Source of the DNA: Kudoa neothunni
Lineage: Eukaryota; Animalia; Cnidaria
DNA length: 64,000 nucleotides
Direction of reading: 5' to 3'
Assembly: GCA_964304625.1 (NCBI GenBank)
Contig: OZ199840.1
Span: 2,272,532-2,336,531, forward strand
This document shows positions 49,998 to 63,395 of this stretch, in pieces. The position numbers were made by a program, and so were the translations under genes. The notes beneath the pieces were generated by a model. It saw only the letters and a list, made by a program, of their open reading frames with translations, had not been told where the DNA came from and did no database searches. Position 1 is the stretch's first letter. Each line of letters begins with the position of its first letter.

Positions 49998-52900
49998 TCA
50001 TGCTTTGACGTAAATATTTTCACATTTTTCATAAATTTCATTCTTTTTGACGCTTCTGTATCGTATTACAGCACCAGCGATTGCCATAGCCACCAAGGCT
50101 ACTGCAGCACCTGCCACAATCATCTTGAAATAATCTTTTGCTAATACATTATTAGACTCTCCTAATGCTGCAGCATTTTGATATGAATACGCTTGTTCAT
50201 TTTCGATCTCAGTAGGTTTTTCAGAATCTCCGATTTCAACTACCATTTCTGCGGAAGCGTCAGCTGCTTCAGCTGTTTTAGTTGACGATGTGCTGCTGTT
50301 TAAATCTTGAACATATTTTTCATCTTTTTTTATCGCTTCATTAAGTTTAATCTTAAATTCTTCTGCATCTTCTGGAATAGTGGCTTTGATTTGATCGTCA
50401 TATTCTGTAATTGTAATAGGATTTTTATTTTGATCGACGAACTTCTCTATTTCTGAGATAAGTGCAGTGTATTGTATGAACAACTCGCCAAACTTTTTAT
50501 CATCAGTTTCCGAGCTAATTTCTGTTAATAAAGATTGAATTTGTTTTAATAACTCGGCAGATCTAGATGTTTTTTCGGAATATTCCTGTTCAAGGTCATT
50601 TTTTTGGGTAGTATAATGCGTTTTGGCTTCGGAAATGGTTTCTGAAACTTTTTTCAAATTCTCTTCAAATGTATCTTTCACCCTTTTTTTTTCAGCTTTC
50701 ATTTCAGTAAATGTACTGCTCAGCTCACTAGGAATATCACTTCTATCTTCGCCGGCTTTGGCTAAAATAGCCTCATGTGCTTCTCTGTATTCTCTAAACT
50801 TATTTAAAGTTGCAGACTTTTCTTTTTTTTAATAATTCAGTCCTCTGATTGACCAGTAGATAAAATTCCATCTTGTTTTCGTTTATCAAATCCTTATTTC
50901 GTTTGTATTGAGACTCGGTAACTTCCAAGAATTTATCAAGCTCTCCTTTCTTTTCAGTGAGTTTTTTGTTAGCTTCATTAATTGTAGAGGCTGTTTCTTC
51001 CAGTGAATGCAGTTTCTTAAAGAATGAATTAAGTTTAGTTTTTTCATTTAAAACGTCCCTGGTGTAATCTTCAATTAATTGTGCTTCATTAGAAATCTCA
51101 CTATTCACGTTGCTTTTCATAGTAGACAATTGTGTCAATTCCTTGTCCATTTTGTCGGTTGTGGCTTTGAATAAATCAAACTTTTTCTTTCAAATCAACT
51201 TTCACTTGTTCAATTCTTTTCACAACATCATTATTTGACAATGCAAGTTTATCATTATTAAATGTGTTATAATTTTGAAGAAGGCTCATTATGTCACTCT
51301 GGGCGGTTGCCAAAATGGTGTTGCTCTTCCCATTCTTCGGTAGAAATTGAAGAAAATTCATTTTTCATGATTCTTTATTTTTATTCTCAATTCCAGTAAC
51401 AGATTTATCACACTCGATAATTTAGATTTTTCAAACTCAAAAATTATTATTTCCACTGAGAAATCTTCTTTTCAGGTGTCGCACAATTATTGAACTCTGG
51501 TTAATTTGATTCAATCTTTGCTACCTTATCGTTAGCTTCTTTGATGGTTTCTTTATAATAATCCTTCCCGTTTTTAAGATCATTTGTTTGGATTTTGAGT
51601 GTTTCTTTATATTTCTTAAATAAATTGGTGAGGTCATCTTTGATTCTTGTGAAAGAATTTTGATCCATGATTTCGACTGTATTCAGTCCATAGCTAAGAG
51701 ATTCCACCATATTAGCATGCACATTTTCCATATTTTTGACTTCTATTTCGTAACCGGATTTCAAGGAATTCAATTTGTTAATTTCGTCAACTATACCAGT
51801 AATAGTGGGTTCAATACTTTCATAGGATTTTTCATAGTTTTTGATATCATCTGATAGTTTGTCAGCGTCACTATACTATCGAGATTTAAATTTAAACGTG
51901 ATGTTTCTTCAGATATTATTAAACCAAATTGAACAGGCGTAGTATCTTTACTAGTTGATAATTTCTCTTTTGCTTCTTCTATCATTTTATAATCTTGGGT
52001 TAATTTTTGAGCACGCTCAATGATACTATTCATAAGTACTTTATTAGTTTTGATTTTGGATTGAGCATCAACAATTTTGGATTTTAAATTATCACTCATT
52101 AACGTGGTTTGCCCCAATTTATTTTTGGTAACGCCAACTAAGTTGGAAAACATGTGTGATATTTCACCAGCTCTAGTTTTGAGAAGTGGGGATTTATTTT
52201 CGGAGAGTGACAATTTGAAATTATCATTATTTTCACTCACTTTTTGTATGATTTCAGATGCTGCGGTCAAACTGTTTCCAATTTTTGTTAATTGGGTAAT
52301 ATCAATTTGTGATTCATATGAATCTAAATTTCTTAACAATTCCACCTTTCTATTATCAATATCATTCAATTTGGAGGCGGGATTTGTAAAGGGTAGCATT
52401 TCATCTAATTTTCCCAGATTAAGTTTTTCTCGATATTGTGGAATTTCTTCTTTTGTTATGTGTTCGATTTCAGATATTAACTTTTTGTAGGTATTTAAAG
52501 TATCTGTATTCTCAGTTTTCAATTGGTTGAAAGCTATTTGCCACTGATCAACATTTTCCTTAAATTGAGTATATAATTTTTCAACTTGTTCAAACTCAAG
52601 ATTTAATTTGTTGGCAAATAATTGTCTTGTATTCTTCAAAAATTTTTGAATTTTATCGTTTAATATTTTACCAGCAAACATTCGATTTCTTAATCCGGAT
52701 ATTGACGGGAGTTGGTCAATTTGTGATATATAATCATCAATTTGCTTTTTTATAGGTTTTATGCGGTTAATGGCACCAGAAGTGGCTTCAGGTAATTTTT
52801 CTATACTTTTTATTGTTATTGAAATTTTAGATTGAAGTTCGTTAGTTTTGGTAATCTGATTTTCGTACGATTCAAGCGCTGCTTTTAGTTCGCCAATTTT

Positions 52901-53917
52901 TGTTGTCATTTTATTTGACAATTCTTGCGAGATATAAGAAGCCGTTGATGATAAAACATTCTGTGTATTTGTTAGCGAACGTTGAATTTCATCTACTTTG
53001 TCGACCGACACGCTATCAATCTTCGAATTAAGTAGAATTGAAGTCAGCTTTTCAGAATTATTCAAATAACTTTCAAACAATTCTTGATTGTACTTTGTGA
53101 TAAAAGATTGCATCTCAGATTTGATTTTTTCAAAGTATGGAACCATTGAATTTGTCATATTAGTATAGAAAGGAGTCATTTTATTGTCTCTGTCTTCAAT
53201 TGACGCAATAAGCTCAACAGTGGGATCTTTCGGGCAGTGATATGTTTGAGCATAATAACTTTGTAGATTCTTTTCTAAAACGTGTATTTTTTGTATGGAA
53301 TTTTGTAGGTTTGAAGTTGAATTTTGTATATTAAACGTTGATTTATTGGATAGACAATAGTTATAATCCTCACGAGTTACTTGTTGGACAAATTTGAGAT
53401 CTGTATTTAAAAATGATTTAACACTCTCAGAATATTCTGCAAATTTATCTATCAAGGGAAATATACTCATGACGCTTTTGAGACAATGTTCGGCATTTAT
53501 GCAACGATTTCGAGTATCAATATCCGTTTTCACTATTGACCCGCCTTTAGTATATCCTTTAAATGGTTCTACTTTATAGATTTTATGCCAATCAATCCCC
53601 AAAAATCTGTTTATATATTTCATATCATGCAATGTCTCCATACTAATCATATTCTTGCGAGATTCATAATTTTTCCTGCTGTTTTGAAGGAAATTCAACC
53701 GTTGAGTGCAACGTTGAGATAATGTTATTAATAATTGACGTTGTATAAGAAAGTGTTCCCTTATTCCGTTATAGTAATGACACGCACCGTGTCTATCATT
53801 ATAGTCTATTATAGGAGTAGTGGAATAAGATGACAATGTCATCAACAACACGGAGTCTATGCAACTAATTAGTCAATCTAAATAATAATAGTTTTTACAT
53901 ATTAGTTGATTGAACAT
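49998..53917 (-). CDS. Large alpha-helical/coiled-coil type I membrane protein (about 1,290 aa), interrupted by several single-base frameshifts at about 50.8-51.9 kb
   Basis: ATG at 53917 plus a 42-nt intron gives signal MFNQLIYSVLLMTLSSYSTT. The N-terminal region contains Cys. K/E/N/L/I-rich ORFs (686, 90, 61, 116, 234 aa) join by +/-1 shifts. It ends with TM MIVAGAAVALVAMAIAGAVI and tail RYRSVKKNEIYEKCENIYVKA*. Confidence 0.75.
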
Positions 53918-54660
53918 AGTCGAAAATTTTTTTATGGCTTCTGACTTTTCTTATCAGCAGTTTGTTAGATTAGTTTATTAGGTTATTACAAAATCGTAAA
54001 TATATACAAGAAATGTTTTAATCAGCTTATACAAATTATATCTATAATAGGAGTCTGTATAGATAATTAATAATAGAAAGAATGAATGCTATTCAATTTT
54101 AATAAAATGTATTGTAGTGCAATTTGTAAGTGTATTACATTTAGGATATTTAATTGTTAGTTATTTATTTTTGTGGAATTATAATTTTCTTTAAATTTAA
54201 TAGTTTTAAAAATTTTGATTTAATAAGTAATTATTAATAGCATAACTTTTGTATTCTAAATATGAAAGTCACAGTCACAATTAATACCCGAAGGTTTTTA
54301 GATTATTAAATTCCACGTGATCAAATATAATCAAATCATCATCATCATCATCGATAATGCATTGTCTTTCTATTCATATTAAATTAAACTAAATGATCAA
54401 ATAAAAACAAAATGAATAAATTCATCTCTATTTAATGGATGGAATTATATAAAGATGGAGACATTCAATGAGAAGCACTTTGACATTATCAATTAATTCA
54501 TCACAAATACTTATTAAGAATTTTCATTGTATGAGATATGAATGGTCAAAAATGAATAAATGTATAAGTATATAAGTGTAATAGATAATTAGTGAATTTT
54601 TTTAATTTTTCCCAAAATTAAAATTGCAGAACTTTCATTGATACCATTAAATCTTTAACG

Positions 54661-54850
54661 CAGGGGTTCTCAACCGGGGATAAATTTACCCCTTGGGAGT
54701 AAAATATAAAAGACAGGGAGAAAATTAAGTAACGTCAAAATTAGAAGTGTAAATTTTTGCATAATCGGTTTGTGATGTATTTAAGGATTTCTAAGGAATT
54801 ATGTTATGCGGGGATATTAAAATCAATAACAATCTGGGGGAAATTCTTTT
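54661..54850 (+). mobile_element. hAT-like MITE end
   Basis: CAGGGGTTCTCAAC terminus. A similar CAGTGTTCCCAAC lies at about 9943. Partner ends were not found. Confidence 0.35.
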
Positions 54851-54892
54851 AATGTTTTTAGGAATAAGTTTTTTAACAGCTAATTATAAAAC

Positions 54893-55012
54893 TATAGCGA
54901 CAAAGTCCCGCTTCGCGCAAACTTCCTTGCCCGGCCAAGTAGACTAAAGCCCTGAGTAGGTCATGGTCATGTCAGTTTAAAGTAAATTAAGAATATTTAG
55001 ATAAATAATACA
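54893..55012 (-). mobile_element. 3' fragment of a family-1 Helitron
   Basis: The reverse complement matches about 37570-37690, including the GCGAAGCGGG hairpin. Confidence 0.7.
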
Positions 55013-55015
55013 AAC

Positions 55016-58000
55016 ATGAGTCGTTATACCCGGCTACGCTCGAGGTTTTGGGAATATCTAATTCAGGAAAAAAATTGAAAAAAAAAATGATTTAAATTAT
55101 ATTTTTTAAAATAATAAATGTTTCATTATGTTAATAGCACAAATATTTGTCGAAAATTTACTGCGCGAAATAAACTGCCATAAACGAAACTTAACAAAAT
55201 TTTACTTAATAATGTAATTAGTTTTTATATTTAAGAAGAAAAAGAAAAAAACCTAATAAAAACAAATGAAAATCATTTCGTTTAAATCTCATCATCATTA
55301 TTTGCTGCATCCGTGGTTTTAAGAAACCATGAAAAGCAACTAGAAATCGACGTATACGTGCAGAATTACAACGGAATACAACTATACAGTCAACGCATAA
55401 AGGGATATAGAATCCGAAATTGAATTCTCACTTGAATTTTTTTAGGGGCCTGTTAGTTGAATCATACTTATAACAATGTGGTAGATTAAATTTTTAACAT
55501 TAAACCTTATAAACTCTTACCAGCGAAATTTCGTCAAACACTAAATTTTGAAAAATGCAGACAAACAAAATTCAAAATACTTCCACAAGCATATTCAAAG
55601 ATATGACAACATAATACAAAGCCACTTTTAGATCTAACGCGTTTATTTAATCAGGATTTGTTGTTACTTTAAGATTTGGGGTCAAATTGGTCTTGGAATT
55701 GGATCGTAGTAGCTTTAAGACGATGGCGAACCGACATTTTACAAAATGTATTTCTTGGAAGATTTACATATATAAACATAGAATTGATCAGCAACACGTT
55801 CCCAGAATAGATACAGATACGTATTTTTCTAACAACCAAGATATGTTTAACAAGCAAAATAGCCAAACCTACCATTTTTAGATTGTTTGGAAATCCACCC
55901 AATTTCTCATCCTATTTCAATGAAAGATACTAATGGCATTCTTAAGTAAATAGAGGTTGATATAACACTTCAAGTCACTATTAATGGTCCCCATAAAGTT
56001 AGATCAGCAGCGTGAAGTATTAGACATTTTTTTGTAAAATTAACGCAACACACTTCAAACAATAATCGAAGCACAATAATCGCATAACCTACTGCAACAC
56101 CCAAAATTAAATGTCGGGGATGATGAATGTTATCAGTTTTGCACTCCAAAAATTGGCAAACAAAAGTGTGTCGTGTAAAGTTTCTACTTATATCGCTTAA
56201 TGATGATACAATAATGTTCCACATAACATGGTAGATATATTCCGAAAAATAAAATCAAAGAAACATTGTTTCATATAAATAAATTTGAATGAAATTTATA
56301 TAAACACTGAATTTAAATAGGCGAGTAAGATCCATAAAGATAAGAAAATGATAGCATAGCCAGTTACCGTAATATCTCCCTATAAACTAAACTATATTTT
56401 TGGTCCGACCATTCATTTGGAGAAAAACTGTATAAATTGTATTTGGAACCTACCCTGGAGTTGGCGACATACAACTGCCCATGAGAAAAACACGGTTCCT
56501 CAAAATTTAAACTGGCAACTTTGAAGGTTTCCCCCTGGGTCTTATTTATGGACATTTCAAAGCATGGTTTGATGGGAAATTGCAGTCTCCTAAAATTAAA
56601 GGTGGCGTCTGAAGGAGCAATCGGAATATTTACATTCTCTTAGGCACAACCAGTTACGATAGTGGCCAAAATAAGATAAGACATTAGCGACTTTACCATT
56701 AAACGAGTGCCGTTACACAACCTTGGTGAATCCAAACTTCTTAGCAATATAATTGGAATGGCTAACTTTAGAAGTATCTTGTGCGAAGGAACCCCCGAAA
56801 GCTCTAGAGTCTAGACTGTTGAGGAATTCAACAGGGAATTGACACACTGATATTTGTTCACAACAGTGACATATGGTTTATACACTGAAGAGTCGCCTGG
56901 AATAAGACGAATCAATCTATCATTGATTTTGTTTACGGAATGGTTTGTGGGGGTTTAGATAGTTCGTTCCGAGAGCCAATTTGAGTACGAAAAGTTTGTT
57001 TGTATTTCTAGTAAAATACGGTCTATCAATTCATCCATGAACAAAACCAGGTTTGACACGGAGCATAGAGGATACATCCATCGGACTCAATGGTAAGTTG
57101 ATCATCGCCTATCCGTAGTATTTCTGAAATAAATTGACTAGTTTCTTATTCGTTGCTGATTTGCACTCAAATATTGGCAGTGAGTTGGATGGTTTAACGT
57201 TTGCCCACGTGGAAGAGAACTTTATGGAACATTTTACTAGGTCATATCTTGTACCTCTCGTTATTAAGGGTAGAGTTTAACTAAAATCGCCGGACAAAAT
57301 CATTGTGATTCCGCCAAATGGAATGTTTTTGTATGTTAAATCCCTTATTCTTCTATTTAAAGCTACGAAAAACACTCTGTTTGCCAACGTGCATTCATCC
57401 CATATGATGATCGTGCATCTGGTCAACAATTGGGACAAACCTGCCTCCTTGCTGATTGCACATACTTCGGCTCCATCACCCTTAATCGTGATTAGCAACA
57501 TAAATATACTGTGGGCCGTGCCATTCCCTGATAATAAAGTGGCTGCAATACCCGGAGAAGCAACAGCGAGAAAATTTTAGAATCTATTCTTAATTCGGCA
57601 AATAAATGGTTTGACACTAATGTCTGACCTATACTACCTGGTGCACCAAAAAAAAACGTTACAAACACCTATATTGTAATAAATGCTCCCCAACACTGTT
57701 TTGAATGCAAATCGTCGGTCAGTTGTCAGTTTCGTCTTGTTTATTTCTACAAACTCGGATAATTGTTCAGTGTTGTAGGTTAATTCTCTCTGGATTTCGT
57801 TTGGAAGAGAGGCGCAAAACGTTTTGTCCAAATGAGGAAATCCGTATGAATTTAACATTACTCCATCCATTTGAATTAAGTGTTGTCTGTGTCAATTAGG
57901 GTCATGTTAAAAATGTCAGAATTAAAAATCACCTTTGGCATTAAACTGGTTTGTTACAGTTGATACCGCTAACCTTCCGACATAGGTTTCCTAAAAAGTA

Positions 58001-61000
58001 ACCACAGTTTATGAAGCTGGCGCATTTCGCAATTTCTGATCAACTGTGCGAATAATTTTCGTAATTGACGTGGACTGTTTGCATGAGCAGCTTCCCTTAA
58101 TATACATTCTCAGTGGTTGTTTCCCTTCAACAAATCACTTTCATTGCACGCTTCAAGGAATATTGGATATACCTGGCCGTGAACCTTTTTATGATTTTCA
58201 AAAGTTTTAGGCCCATTTACACAATGGAGCAACATCCTCAAATAAAAACATTCTTGATGTGAAAGATGTACACTGTAAACTCTTCCTATTGTAGAGTCGA
58301 ATCGTATGCCTGGATGGCCTTCAACTGGACATCCTCTTTTCCCAATGCCAAACTATTATCCGACCATATGTAATAAGATGAGACAGAGCGAATTCGTCAT
58401 TCTGGCATAGGCTGAAAAAGCGGTTAATCTCGTGTCCCTTTGGATTTTGTAACCGATTCAACAAAGTTTCGTCGGTGAAATAAATACGCTGACCGTTCTC
58501 CGAAATCCCTCACTACTGCTTATGTAGCGACCAGGCTGGTAATTGGAAACTTCATCCAAACGATCTTCTTGATTAGCAGCAAACATGGTCGCATCAAAAC
58601 CTTTGTTTACATACTTGCATATATATTTGGGGGTCTTGACTGAATTGTAATACTCTACATTAATATGAGTATTGAAAATCTTCGTCAACAAAGGACAATA
58701 GGGAACAATCCACTTATTTTCTATGATGATTTCCCTATCGTTGTTCAGATGGATTGACGCCCGAAAACCCCATCTTCAGGTTTTCTTCTGTAAACATGAT
58801 ATCTTTCAGTATTCGTCTGGGATAGTTTTTGGTGCATTCTCTCTGATCATACATTCACGGGCTTTTTGGATTCAACGCACCACAGAGACCATGGTTGTTC
58901 TTACAATCTGGAGCAATACTGGATCTACACCTGGGTCTGGTAATTCGTTCGATATGAATTTGTCGATATCATTGGAACGCAGTTTCTGGTTCATCTAGAC
59001 CAATATATGAGCGTGTGGAAGCCCTCTTTTCTGTCACTCAATACTATACATATAACACTGAATTTCACCATAAAACTTCAATTTATGAATTAAAATCATC
59101 AAAACATTTAACTTCAAGTTGAATACTCTATCTACTATGTCCAGTCTCTCTTTAGATGCTTGGCCAGGAAATAACTCTTCATTCAGTTAGCTCCAAAATG
59201 GATTACATGTGAATGTTATAAATAGGTCTGGCCCTCTAAAACATCGAACGTAGGTCATGGCAAGTGTCATGTACATAATCTCTTCTTTTAACAACGTTAA
59301 GTATTATAACCTCCTCCCAGCTCCAAAGTACAACACTTAACTTTTTCCTAGCAACCGACTAATGTGATTCATAATCATCGTAAATGATTCTTCCCAATAT
59401 TCAACAAATAGAAATACTCATTCCTTAACATCCATTTCATAACCTTATCCTACAAGACGCCGGTAAATGAATATCTCCAAACATCACGTATTCCACGACG
59501 AGTTCACGCCACAACGCGGGTTGCTTCAATACAAAAATGTAGCATTTAAACATTGTAGTAATTTATCATTAGTCTAATCCCCTTTGTTGTTTTACTTTCA
59601 AACTGTTTTCTTTTACTGGCGCTAGCATTCATAACTTAGTTACAACAACAGGCTGCATTTTCACGTTCATATAGCATGGTGAACCTACGAAAGCGAAAGT
59701 CGACGGCGAAATGTACAATCATCCCGCCCATTTATTTCACCGTCGCTACTAATGCTATCAATTAAATTGATGCAAGATTCAACACGAAGTTAATCTTGTT
59801 TCGCTCTGATAAAACAAAGTCTCTCTGATTCCATCTTCCAAACATACCTACAGCATATTGTAGGAATAATATCCCAAAGTGATGAAGCATGTTAAAACTA
59901 TTTTCCCTTTCCATAAAATAAAAAGAATATAAATCCTTACCTGTAGCACTTTCGTTTGCGTCAATCTGTAGAATACGAAAATGGTAACCATCTTGACCAT
60001 AGACATTAGTTAATGGATATTGCAAAACATAATGCGATCTGTATGTTTCGCTTATCCTCTGAAGTTTGTTGTTTGTACTCCTCAAAACAATATCCCTCGT
60101 ACAATGCTGCTCATCCGACATTGCGATGGCCACCTCATTTCAGGTTGGAGAGTTGTATTTTCTCTCATTTTCTCCTTGTAGAAGCTTGTCAGAGTTTATA
60201 ATTATATCAAAATCAGAAGACGGGTGCATTTCTAAGTCATGCCTAAAACTGTGGATGTAGCTAGTGTGTCTGTGTAACATACATATCTTGAAGCGCTAAA
60301 ATAATATCATGCCTATGCTAGAGATACATATTGGATCGATTTTGAGCTTGAAAATACATGTTTTGTACGAAATATAATCGCAAGAATTTCGTTCCTCATT
60401 TTCAGAAGTCAATAGCGATTCAATTCGATGACACATTCGACCGTGAACCTTGAAAGTAAAGTAGGCATGAATCTGTCCCTACAAATTACGTTCGCTCCAA
60501 AAGATGTCATCTGGAAAGTGCAGTTGTATTTTCGGATATTTTGTAGCAAGTGTCTTGAAATTCCGGAGTCTATAGAAAATGAGATGAATCAGGTAGTGTG
60601 TCCAAAATAACATTACCGCCGGAACAACACAACCGTGGATTCGTTTATTCACTTCTTAGCACGACATTTTTGGCAAATTTTCCAAATTGTAATATTCGTT
60701 TCATTTCCATGTTGTAGCAGAGGTCGTAATGCAAAGCGACCATATTCCAAGTATCATCAGGCATACTTCGCGTTTGTTGACCTAATAGAACAGGAGTGTA
60801 ATAAGGGTCAGGTACAAATTTACTGTCTGATCCTGTATTGTGTTTATTTATAGGTGACACTGCAGGACTCTGTTGAGTCGTCTCATGTACACGTCGATTT
60901 CTATTGCTTACTCTATTTGCTTCTCGTCTCCGTTCTCTTTGCTTGTCGGTTTCTTGTTAAAGGCGTAAACGTCGGCAATTACGTTGTGAGTGTTGGTGTG

Positions 61001-61510
61001 ACCCTGAGAAGAAATAGACGCATGTGGATTTCGATTTGAAATATGCATTCACTGCGATTCTAAATCACACTCAGGCCATATTGTTGTTTCCACAACTCTC
61101 CTCTCTTGTATTCGCCTAGTTCGTCGTAGCGATGAATGATTCGATGAATTTTGCATATTTTATTGTCTACCCATGTGAACAGTCTAATCGAAAGCGGGGT
61201 TGAATGTGCGATGTCTTGGTGTGTATAGTCAAAAATATGGTTGACTCTGTAAAAAATTAGGGGTGCGATCGAATGATATAGTTTACTTACCAACAATTTA
61301 TTCAAAAACAAATGTTTAGAGGGGGACAAGAAGAAATTTCCATTGCATAATATTAGAGTGTAAGACGCAGAACATCAATATTAAAGTGATTGGAGGTGGA
61401 AGATTTTAGGCGAAATAATAAAGAATTAATTCAATTAATAGATTGATAAAAAATTATGGAGTCATGAGATGCAAACGTTATTTAAACTTTCAACGTACTT
61501 TATTAAATTT
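55016..61510 (-). mobile_element. Near full-length decayed autonomous Helitron (Rep + PIF1 helicase), copy B
   Basis: Rep: FITFTCNP, QKRGLPHAHI, HINVEY..KYICKYVNKG. Helicase: VASPGIAATLL, IIIWDEC, PFGGITMILSGDF, RLCNGTRL, MSINKTQG, FSHGQLYVANSRV. A 3' hairpin remnant lies near 55028-55045. Confidence 0.92.
59265..59647. mobile_element. Insertion of about 380 bp in Helitron B, probable solo LTR
   Basis: Absent from the homologous position of Helitron A (about 41295). TGT..ACA termini; the TSD matches at only 3 of 5 bases. Confidence 0.5.
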
Positions 61511-61512
61511 AA

Positions 61513-62296
61513 TCTATATATATAAAGTAGTAGTGTCTGTGTGTGCATTAATCTTCTCTTCATACAGAGACTTTTTAGACTATTTGAATTTCTTAGTATA
61601 CTTTAAAAAAATACCAAGAGGTTGCCTGCTTTCTTATAAAGTGGTTAATTTGTAGTGTAAACTTAGTTCAAACAGATTAGCGCTGATGACAATGAGATTA
61701 CCACTGCACATGATACGCTATAATGTTCAATGATATTCGTAGATAACTCTAATTTTCTGTATTTATATACAACTGAAACTTTGAAAGTTTACTCTTTTCT
61801 ACTTTTGAACGTACTTAAGACTAATTACAACATTTGTTCGTGCGTGGGCGGGGTTTCTGTGCAAACAAAGATTTGTTGCTTAAACGGGAAATTAATAAAT
61901 CAATACGCTTGAATATATTATTCACTTTGCACGTTTAGTTAAAGATAAAAAGTTATATTTTTTTAAATAAACATAAAATTGTGTTAGAACGTTTTGATTA
62001 AGTAAAACATTGTTAACAAACTTTTAGATTAGTTAGTTCATCGACGGGTTGGGTAAAACGATTAATACGCCTCATGATTTGTAAGAACTTATGGTTTCTA
62101 AATGAAAATAAAGTCCGGTGACGAAGAAAGTGATGATGATCGGGTCATTGCTGTTTATTTCGATTATGGTTGTTCTAGAAAGGTCGATAAGATAATTATA
62201 ATTGACTTTGAACTTAAAATAACCTTCGCCCGCTCACGGCTTTTATCAGGGTGGCCGGGCAAGGAAACCAAAGCGAAGCGGGGGTTTTTGCGCTAG
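61513..62296 (+). mobile_element. Non-autonomous Helitron, family 2
   Basis: A|TCTATATATATAAAGTAGTAGTG start and GCGAAGCGGGG..GCGCTAG|T end. Homologous to 33680-34247 (+) and 34248-34869 (-). Confidence 0.85.
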
Positions 62297-63395
62297 TATG
62301 TATATATATAAAGGAGGACTGTCGGTATGTTTGTGTGTGTATGCCCCTAAGTACGCAAGTGCGGATAACTTTTTCCCTAAAGAGATAGTCATATATAAAA
62401 TTTTTATAAATTTGTGATATTTAAAAAATCGTTTAATTGTTTTCGGACTACTAAAGTTTCCAAATGGTATTTATGAAATAGTGATTTTGTCGATTTAAAG
62501 TTGTTTATCGGATTACATGAGTTCAATTATAGGATTATCGTTTGCTTATGTTATGGTGATGGTCGGTTGAAGTTGACTATCTCCCTTATATACTCTATCA
62601 TATGTTAATTGAATGATGCCATCTGTCTTTACATATAAGATTTATGCGTTTATTTTATTGTTTGCACAAATAAATTCCTTATATCAGGAGTTTTAATGTA
62701 ATTGACTTGATAACCACATTTTGAAGGCTCTATCAATGGATTTAGATATGAAAAAATGTCAATATTTGCATTATTATTTAGTTGGTTATATGTTTTATAA
62801 TCAGATAGATTGAAACACTATAACGCAAGTATTGTGTCCGTAGATTTCATTGAAACCGTCCGTTATGTTGAACTTTCAGTGATTCAATTAAGTGCAGATG
62901 GTTATTTCATCCGATTATTTTAATTATTTGTTATAAAAAGCGCATTAGAATTTTTGCGGAACAAAGGATATTAATTTTAGCAATATTAATTAATTTTCAT
63001 ACGTTTTCTTCTATCTCCATTACTTTCTCCATTTTTTTATCTCTTAAAAAGTTAATGGTACACGCAGTTATCGAACGGGCCACAATTCAACTTTTAAAAA
63101 TCCTCCGGCAAAAAAATAACGTTTTAGATAACACTTAAACGGTATTTAAACAATTCAGGAATGAAAAAAATACGATGCTGACCTTAACTTATTTAGCGTT
63201 AGTGCCGAGCCACGAAATCTTAAATGAACATAATTTAAACTTCATAATCAAAATCGTTAAAGTATATTGCTTAAATTTTTTTATTTATTTTGCATCTATG
63301 GGTTAATTTTAGGTTTTAATATATTTTTCGAATATTGTTAAGAAACGCGTATCTATGCGAAATCTTCCCCAAGCAACGCTGGGCAGTTTCGCTAG
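62297..63395 (+). mobile_element. Non-autonomous Helitron, family 3
   Basis: Ends CCCAAGCAACGCTGGG..CGCTAG|T; homologous to 37691-38491. Confidence 0.75.

Noticed and set aside
50800-51900. Programmed ribosomal frameshifting or hidden introns
   Set aside because: The shifts go in both directions, there are no GT-AG segments of about 40 nt that explain them, and homopolymer errors are the simpler explanation.
49998-53917. Homology to Plasmodium RBL proteins, myosin or SMC
   Set aside because: The similarity is compositional only, and no diagnostic motifs are present.
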